NCBI GenBank assembly: GCA_964548855.1
Contig: CAZJSR010000002.1
Coordinates: forward strand, 28,702 to 92,701
Length of the DNA: 64,000 nt
Origin: an uncultured Anaeroplasmataceae bacterium
Lineage (GTDB): Bacteria > Bacillota_I > Bacilli_A > Acholeplasmatales > Anaeroplasmataceae
Direction of reading: 5' to 3'
Shown piece after piece: positions 57,005 to 64,000 of the stretch. Below the pieces are notes generated by a model. It saw only the letters and a program-made list of their open reading frames with translations, searched no databases and was not told where the DNA came from. The translations under genes and the position numbers were made by a program. The stretch's first letter is position 1. Every line of letters starts with the position of its first letter.

Positions 57005-57457
57005 ATGATACGTACAGTTTTTACAAATAGTTATGAACAAACAATTGAATTAGGTAAGACTATTGGTGATATGTTAAATGTAGGTGATGTTGTATTATTA
57101 GATGGTGATTTAGGTGCTGGAAAAACAACGTTTACTAAGGGGATTGGAATATCACTTGGTGTAAGTAGAGTTATTAATTCTCCTACTTTTACTATTGTTA
57201 AAGAATATGTTGGTTCAAAAGCTAAATTATATCATCTAGATTTATATAGGTTAGATGGAGTTAATGAAGATTTTGATTTAGAAGAATATTTTTTAGATGA
57301 TGCGATATGTGTTTGTGAGTGGCCATTTCAAGCATCAGATATTTTACCTAGTGAATATTTAATGATAAATATTAAAAGAATCGATGATAATAAAAGAGAA
57401 TTTATTATAGAAGGTAAAGGAAAATATGAAAAATTAGTAGGTGAATTAAATGTATAA
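57005..57457 (+). CDS. tsaE: tRNA t6A37 biosynthesis ATPase TsaE
   Basis: The Walker A context LDGDLGAGKTTFTKG and the SPTFT motif are present. 150 aa. Canonical tsaE-tsaB-rimI-tsaD order. Confidence 0.9.
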   Translation: MIRTVFTNSYEQTIELGKTIGDMLNVGDVVLLDGDLGAGKTTFTKGIGISLGVSRVINSPTFTIVKEYVGSKAKLYHLDLYRLDGVNEDFDLEEYFLDDAICVCEWPFQASDILPSEYLMINIKRIDDNKREFIIEGKGKYEKLVGELNV

Positions 57458-58028
57458 TCTTATTGTAGATTCTTCGACTAAAACGTTATATGTAGCACTT
57501 TTAACTGAAAATGAAGTTATATCTGAAAGATATCTTGTTGGAAAAAATGATCATGCTAAAAATATTTTAGTTCAAATAGAAGAAATTTTAAAAAGTAATA
57601 ACCTTGAAATATCAAAGTTAGATCGTATTATTTGTGGACAAGGTCCTGGAAGTTATACTGGTGTTAGAATGGCGGTTACTATAGGTAAAATGGTCGCTGT
57701 AAATTCTAATGTTAAGTTATATGGAATTTCAACTCTATATTTAATGTCATCATACTATGATGGAAAGGTTCTTTCTTATATAGACGCAAGAAGAGGGAAT
57801 TCTTTTAATGCAGTTTATGATAATGATATCGAAGTTCTTACTGAGGGATTAAGGCCTACTTTAGATATTTTAAAAGAATATAATGATTATCAAATAGTAG
57901 ATGAGGATTCTTTTAAAGTAAATCCTTTAAAAGTTTTGAAAAAAGCGAAGCTTATTAATAATCCTCACGGATTTATTCCTAATTACTTAAGAGAAACGGA
58001 AGCTGAAAGGAATAAAAAGAATGATTAG
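57450..58028 (+). CDS. tsaB: tRNA t6A37 biosynthesis protein TsaB
   Basis: GQGPGSYTGVRMAVTIGK motif. Position is between tsaE and rimI, with overlapping start. Confidence 0.85.
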   Translation: MYNLIVDSSTKTLYVALLTENEVISERYLVGKNDHAKNILVQIEEILKSNNLEISKLDRIICGQGPGSYTGVRMAVTIGKMVAVNSNVKLYGISTLYLMSSYYDGKVLSYIDARRGNSFNAVYDNDIEVLTEGLRPTLDILKEYNDYQIVDEDSFKVNPLKVLKKAKLINNPHGFIPNYLRETEAERNKKND

Positions 58029-58452
58029 ATGTATTAAACAAAGTGATGTAAAAACAATCGTTGAAGATGAAAAAAGAATATTTGGAGATTCTTTAGGCGA
58101 AGGCACTCTTCTTAACGGTATATCAAATGATATGTATCGTTATTTCGTTTGTGAGGAAGATGAAAAGATTATTTCTTATATCGGACTTTGGATTGACAGT
58201 AATATTGCCCAGGTTCTCAATTTCTATGTAAATGAAGAATATAGAAATAAAGGATATGGTAAGAAAATGTTAGAATATGCTTTAGAGTACTTAGATAGTT
58301 TAGATGTAAATACTATATCATTAGAGGTTAGACCTTCTAATTTAAATGCGATTGATTTATATGAAAAATATGGTTTTTCGTATTCACATAAGAGAAAATA
58401 TTATTATAATGATGGTGAGGACGCATATGTTCTTATCAAGAGAAAGGACTAA
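58021..58452 (+). CDS. rimI: Ribosomal-protein-alanine N-acetyltransferase (GNAT)
   Basis: GNAT motif [15 protein letters not shown]. 143 aa. Lies in the conserved slot between tsaB and tsaD. Confidence 0.8.
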   Translation: MIRCIKQSDVKTIVEDEKRIFGDSLGEGTLLNGISNDMYRYFVCEEDEKIISYIGLWIDSNIAQVLNFYVNEEYRNKGYGKKMLEYALEYLDSLDVNTISLEVRPSNLNAIDLYEKYGFSYSHKRKYYYNDGEDAYVLIKRKD

Positions 58453-58454
58453 TT

Positions 58455-59459
58455 ATGTTAGTAATGGGAGTTGAATCAAGTTGTGATGAGACATCTGTCT
58501 CAATTGTAAGAGATGGTAAAGAAGTTTTATCTAATATTGTGTTAAGCCAAATTGATATTCATAAGGAATTTGGAGGGGTAGTTCCTGAAATAGCTTCAAG
58601 ACACCATGTATATAATGTTAGTATGGTCTTTGAAGAAGCGTTAAAAACTGCAGATGTAGATGCGTCTATGATTGATTTAGTTGCGGTAACATATGGACCT
58701 GGTTTAATAGGTTCTCTTCTTGTTGGAGTTAATGCGGCGAAGACTTTTGCGATGGTTTATAATAAACCTATAATTGGGGTTAATCATTTAGCAGGACATA
58801 TATATGCAAATCAAATAGAACATGAAATGAAATTTCCTTTGATTGCGCTTTTAGTTTCTGGGGGTAATACAGAACTTATATACATGAAAGATCATTTCAA
58901 TTTTGAAATAATAGGAGAAACTCTAGATGATGCGGTAGGGGAATCTTATGACAAAGTCGCAAGAGTTATGGGACTTGAGTATCCAGGAGGTCCTAAGGTT
59001 GATAAGTTAGCACATGAAGGTAAGCCTACGTATAATATACCAAGAGTTTATTTAGGTAATGATAATTTTAATTTTAGTTTTTCGGGACTTAAGAGTCATG
59101 TTATAAATCTACATCATAACGCTATGCAAAGAAATGAAGAAATTAATGTAGCAAATTTATGTCGTAGTTTTCAAGATAGTGTTGTTGAGGTATTAGTAGA
59201 TAAAACATTAAAGGCCGCGAAGCAATATAATGTTAAACAAATAATAGTCGCAGGTGGTGTTTCTGCGAATAGAGGATTAAAAGAAAGATTTATGTTAATG
59301 AATCATGAAGAATATGAAATATGTATTCCTTCAATAAAATATTGTACAGATAACGCTGCGATGATTGCGGTAGCTGGATATTATCAATATCAAAAAACTA
59401 AAAAGACGGATGATATGAGCTTAAATGCTGATGCATCATTGGAATTATTAAGTTTATGA
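58455..59459 (+). CDS. tsaD: tRNA N6-adenosine threonylcarbamoyltransferase TsaD
   Basis: Motifs [22 protein letters not shown] and GGVSAN. Confidence 0.95.
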   Translation: MLVMGVESSCDETSVSIVRDGKEVLSNIVLSQIDIHKEFGGVVPEIASRHHVYNVSMVFEEALKTADVDASMIDLVAVTYGPGLIGSLLVGVNAAKTFAMVYNKPIIGVNHLAGHIYANQIEHEMKFPLIALLVSGGNTELIYMKDHFNFEIIGETLDDAVGESYDKVARVMGLEYPGGPKVDKLAHEGKPTYNIPRVYLGNDNFNFSFSGLKSHVINLHHNAMQRNEEINVANLCRSFQDSVVEVLVDKTLKAAKQYNVKQIIVAGGVSANRGLKERFMLMNHEEYEICIPSIKYCTDNAAMIAVAGYYQYQKTKKTDDMSLNADASLELLSL

Positions 59460-59504
59460 TGAAAATATAGAAAATATTTGATATACTAAAAGTGGTGAGT
59501 AAAA

Positions 59505-61148
59505 ATGGAAATAAATAATTTTATAAAAACACAAATGCAATCAGATTTAGAAAATAAAGTAGTAGATGAAATAGTTACTCGTTTTCCACCTGAACCTAAT
59601 GCATATTTGCATATTGGACATGCACGTGCAATGGTGACAAATTTTGAACTTGCGAAATGTTTTGGTGGATATACAAATTTAAGATTTGATGATACTAATC
59701 CAACAAAGGAAGATAATGAATTTGTTGAGGCTATTATAAATGATATTAAATGGTTAGGTTATACTCCTAAAAATATTTATTTTGGTAGTGATTATTTTGA
59801 TATGGATTATGAAATAGCTGTCAGTTTAATAAAAAAAGGACTTGCATATGTAGATGATTTATCTCAAGAAGAAATGAGTAAATATCGTGGTACATTAACT
59901 AAGCCAGGAGAAAATAGTCCATATCGTGATAGAAGTGTTTCTGAAAATTTAAAGTTATTTGAAGAAATGAAAAATGGTGTTTATAAAGATGGTGAAAAAA
60001 CATTAAGAGCTAAAATAGATATGGCACATCCAAATATGAATATGAGAGACCCTGCGTTATATCGTATTATACATACAGAACATCATAGACAAAAAGATAA
60101 GTGGTGTATTTATCCAATGTATGATTTTGCACATCCTCTTCAAGATGCCAAAGAAGGAATAACACATTCTTTATGTTCGCTTGAATATGACAACCATCGC
60201 ATACTTTATGATTGGGTTATTGATAATTGCGATATAGTAAAAAAACCACATCAATATGAATTTGGTAGATTAAATATATCTAATACTGTTTTATCAAAGA
60301 GATATTTAAGAGCTTTAGTAGATTCTAAAAAAGTTTCAGGATATGATGACCCACGTATGCCAACTTTAGTAGGTTTACGTAGACGTGGATATACACCTGA
60401 GGCTATTAAAGAATTTATATTATCTACAGGTTTATCAAGAGTAAATAGTGAAATTTCATGGGATGTACTTGATGGATTCTTACGTGAAGACTTAAAGCTT
60501 AAAGCTATAAGACCTAACGCTATAATTGATCCTGTAAAACTTGTTATAGACAATTATCCAGAAGGACAAATTGAATATTTAGATATGCCAAATAATCAAG
60601 AGGTTTTAGAAATGGGAACTCATAAGATCGCGTTTTCTAAATATCTATATATTGAAAGAGAAGACTTTGTTGAACAAAAGCCTAATAAAAAATGGAAACG
60701 TCTTTCTTTAGATGTTGAGGTTAGATTAATGCATGCGTATTTTGTTAAGGCTACAAGTGTTGAAAAAGATGAAGAAGGAAATATTACTTGTATTCACGCA
60801 ACATATGATCCACAAACAAAGAGTGGTTCTGGATTTAATGAGCGTAAACCTAATGGTAATATCCATTTTGTAGAAGCTACTACAGCTATTAATGCTGAAT
60901 TTAGATTATTTGATTCTTTAATTTCTCCTGAAACTGAAGAAACTAAAGATTTAGACTTTATGCAAAGATTAAATCCTGATTCATTAGTTATAAAAAACGG
61001 ATATGTTGAAGAATATATTAAGGATACAAAACCACTTGATAAATTCCAATTTGTAAGAACTGGATATTTTACAACGGATAAGGATTCTACTAAAGAAAAA
61101 TTAGTATTTAATAGAACTTGTGGACTTAAGAGTTCATTTAAATTATAG
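59505..61148 (+). CDS. glnS: Glutamine--tRNA ligase
   Basis: GlnRS-type N-terminus TRFPPEPNAYLHIGHARA (HIGH), the KMSKS equivalent VLSKR, and a C-terminal anticodon-binding beta-barrel region. 547 aa. Confidence 0.85.
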   Translation: MEINNFIKTQMQSDLENKVVDEIVTRFPPEPNAYLHIGHARAMVTNFELAKCFGGYTNLRFDDTNPTKEDNEFVEAIINDIKWLGYTPKNIYFGSDYFDMDYEIAVSLIKKGLAYVDDLSQEEMSKYRGTLTKPGENSPYRDRSVSENLKLFEEMKNGVYKDGEKTLRAKIDMAHPNMNMRDPALYRIIHTEHHRQKDKWCIYPMYDFAHPLQDAKEGITHSLCSLEYDNHRILYDWVIDNCDIVKKPHQYEFGRLNISNTVLSKRYLRALVDSKKVSGYDDPRMPTLVGLRRRGYTPEAIKEFILSTGLSRVNSEISWDVLDGFLREDLKLKAIRPNAIIDPVKLVIDNYPEGQIEYLDMPNNQEVLEMGTHKIAFSKYLYIEREDFVEQKPNKKWKRLSLDVEVRLMHAYFVKATSVEKDEEGNITCIHATYDPQTKSGSGFNERKPNGNIHFVEATTAINAEFRLFDSLISPETEETKDLDFMQRLNPDSLVIKNGYVEEYIKDTKPLDKFQFVRTGYFTTDKDSTKEKLVFNRTCGLKSSFKL

Positions 61149-61173
61149 AAAAAGCCGAAAGGCTTTTTTATTT
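61149..61173 (+). terminator. Rho-independent terminator of the tsaE-glnS operon
   Basis: AAAGCC-GAAA-GGCTTT stem followed by a T-run, directly after the TAG stop. Confidence 0.8.
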
Positions 61174-61299
61174 TATATTAAATATGGCTATTAATTGATT
61201 CATTAAAATAAAATACTAAAAAAATATATATACAATTAATTATATTTATTTTCTAATATTAATAGATAATACTTTTTACATGATAAAATATAGTTTTAA

Positions 61300-61491
61300 A
61301 TTTATGAAGTAGAGGCAAATGGAGAGGTTTATACATCATATTATTATGATTCGTGGGATAAATATTTATTAGTAAGAGCTTTATCAGCAAATGTGACATT
61401 TGAAAAAATATCTGACTATGATGTACCTAGGGAGTATTTAAATGAGAGTTTTGATATAAGAAAAGAAGATGATGAGGGAGTGTGGTTATAG
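61300..61491 (+). pseudogene. Start-less 3' remnant of a YD-repeat-like gene
   Basis: 63 sense codons (IYEVEANGEVYTSYYYDSWDKYLL...DDEGVWL) run up to a TAG, with no in-frame start codon and with stops just upstream. The composition and motif resemble the downstream lipoprotein gene. Confidence 0.35.
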
Positions 61492-62745
61492 ATGAAGAAA
61501 ATAAAATATTTATTAATAGTATTCATTTTTACTATATGTCTTTCTTCATGTATATCAAATGAAACATATGAAGGCCCTAAACACATTCACAAAGGAACTA
61601 ATCAATATATTACAGAAGATAATAGCAATAATATAGATAATAAGGTTTATAAAAAAAGAATTTTCACATGCACATCATGTGGATTTATAATAGAGTATGT
61701 GGATAATCCTGATGGAGGCGTATGTAGAAAAGAAATTCAAAATGAATACGATGAGACAAATAATGAAACAAAGGTTATAGAAAGTGTTTTTACATCTTCA
61801 GAACATCTAGATAATCGTACAACGATTATAAAAAAAGATAAAGAAGAAGAAAGAGAAATATTATATTATGATTATGGTTCGTCACAAAAAGTTATAAAAA
61901 ACGTTCACTATAAAACTATATACGATGATTTAGTAAATATAAAGATAAGGTATTGTACTGAAGAAGATATAAATTCAAAAAGAACTAGTTATTATACTAA
62001 TGAATACGAATACAATTCAAATGGAAATGTTATAAAAAATTTAAATACATATTATTATTCTAGTTTTAGTGATATTATGGGAAGTGAATTACGTTAATAT
62101 ACATATGATGAATTTAATAGAATTATTAAGGAAATATATATAAATAAATATTTCAATGAAATAGAAAGTGTAACAGAATACAAATATAATGAAGATGGTA
62201 CATTATGTGAAAAAAATATCACGGATAAATATTCCGAATATTCACATAATAAAAAGGATGTATACATTATAAAATATCATACAAGTGGGCGTATATTGTC
62301 AAAAAGAGCGATTAAATATACTGATGAATTGGAACGAAGTGATATTGAGTATATTTATTTTTCAGGTGGAGATATAAAATTAAAAAAAGAACGATACCCT
62401 TATGAAGAAATCATCACAGATTATACTATATATGATGATGTTTTTTGTACAATTACAAAAACAAGGTATAGTTATGGAACAAAATGTATAGAAGTATTTG
62501 AATATGATAAAAGTAATTGTCTTTTAAATTATATGAATACGTATGATGATGGGTTAAGATCTATAAGTAAACATACTATTGAAATTGATGGAGCAAAAGA
62601 AATTACCAAATATTATTATCCTAATTCTGATATTCTAAGTATGAAAATAATCAAGGAATCTTATTCTAAGACAGGATTATATAGTTTAAAGATAGAATAT
62701 TATGATGAAACAGGTAAACTCACTGAAACTTATAAATATAAATAG
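61492..62745 (+). pseudogene. YD-repeat-like lipoprotein gene interrupted by a single in-frame TAA (62095..62097)
   Basis: ORFs 61492..62097 and 62296..62745 are in the same frame. The 198 nt between them contain no further stop and continue the repeat pattern (…SELR*YTYDEFNRIIKE…EYKYNEDGTLCEK…). Lipoprotein signal is MKKIKYLLIVFIFTICLSSC. Recurrent Y-x-Y-(D/N)-x-x-G/N-x-h motifs are present. Confidence 0.6.
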
Positions 62746-62930
62746 TTATATCTATTTTACATATTAAAATTAATAAGCTAATACTTACTCTAAATTTGAA
62801 TATTGTGATTAAAAAAAGCCGAGCGAATTTTAATTAATACCCCAAGTCACGGGTATAAATAAAACAATGTATTATTTAACTGAACTAACTAATTCCCTAT
62901 GTAATATGAGATTAAAATTCAATCATAATG

Positions 62931-62968
62931 AAGCTGATTGTACAGTTGTACTTTCAGCTTTTATTGTT
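62931..62968 (+). terminator. Orphan terminator-like hairpin in a 415-nt non-coding gap
   Basis: AAGCTGA-tt-GTAC-AGTT-GTAC-tt-TCAGCTT is followed by a T-rich tract (TTATTGTTGTTT). It lies about 185 nt downstream of the nearest stop codon. Confidence 0.4.
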
Positions 62969-63134
62969 GTTTGTAACACTCTAAGTGAGTATTTCTAGGA
63001 GATAAAATTTTTAAAAAAAGTGTGAATTTTTACCAAAATCTAAGAAGGCAAGTTAATGAAAATAAATATCACGTTTATAATAGTTTAAAACTGTTTCTTT
63101 AACTAGATATTTATTTAATAATATAGTATAATAG

Positions 63135-64000
<866 letters not shown>

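Noticed and set aside
62867-62998. 43-codon ORF (MYYLTELTNSLCNMRLKFNHNEADCTVVLSAFIVVCNTLSEYF) in the non-coding gap.
   Set aside because: No Shine-Dalgarno lies upstream (ATAAATAAAACAATG). The ORF runs straight through the terminator-like hairpin and has no recognisable features, so it is likely fortuitous.

Overview
Very AT-rich, gene-dense chromosomal segment with a low-GC Bacillota character, possibly Erysipelotrichia- or Clostridia-like; that taxonomic guess rests only on gene content and composition. The standard genetic code applies: TGA is used as a stop and Trp is TGG. Most genes are on the + strand in tightly packed operons. I saw no rRNA, tRNA, CRISPR array, transposase, integrase or phage genes. 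Most of the window is housekeeping: CydDC-like ABC exporter, nrdD, gdhA, NCS2 purine permease, hflX, cdaA, MTHFS-ispD-ispF, pgi, a heterodimeric ABC exporter, trpB, two ABC-F ATPases, an M16C peptidase, mgsA, tsaE-tsaB-rimI-tsaD-glnS. Two regions look accessory. (1) An 18-kb envelope locus (3.3-21.6 kb) has four MacB-architecture ATPase-FtsX fusion proteins in two tandem pairs. These bracket two giant lipoproteins (InlB-B-repeat/BspA-LRR type), a NEAT-like membrane-anchored surface protein and a RelP/RelQ-type small alarmone synthetase. (2) A decaying array of YD-repeat-like lipoprotein genes lies at 61.3-62.7 kb. Other points worth a second look:
- A Trp T-box leader is followed by a 15-codon mini-ORF with tandem Trp codons (MKKKWWRS...), upstream of an orphan trpB.
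- The cdaA operon lacks cdaR/glmM and instead carries a membrane PAS/degenerate-GGDEF protein.
- A ClpC-like protein has a dead second ATPase domain.
- A Crp/Fnr regulator with a Cys cluster has a perfect 16-bp palindrome placed like a class II activator site for nrdD.
All functional calls rest on motifs recognised by eye in the supplied translations. No database search was run.
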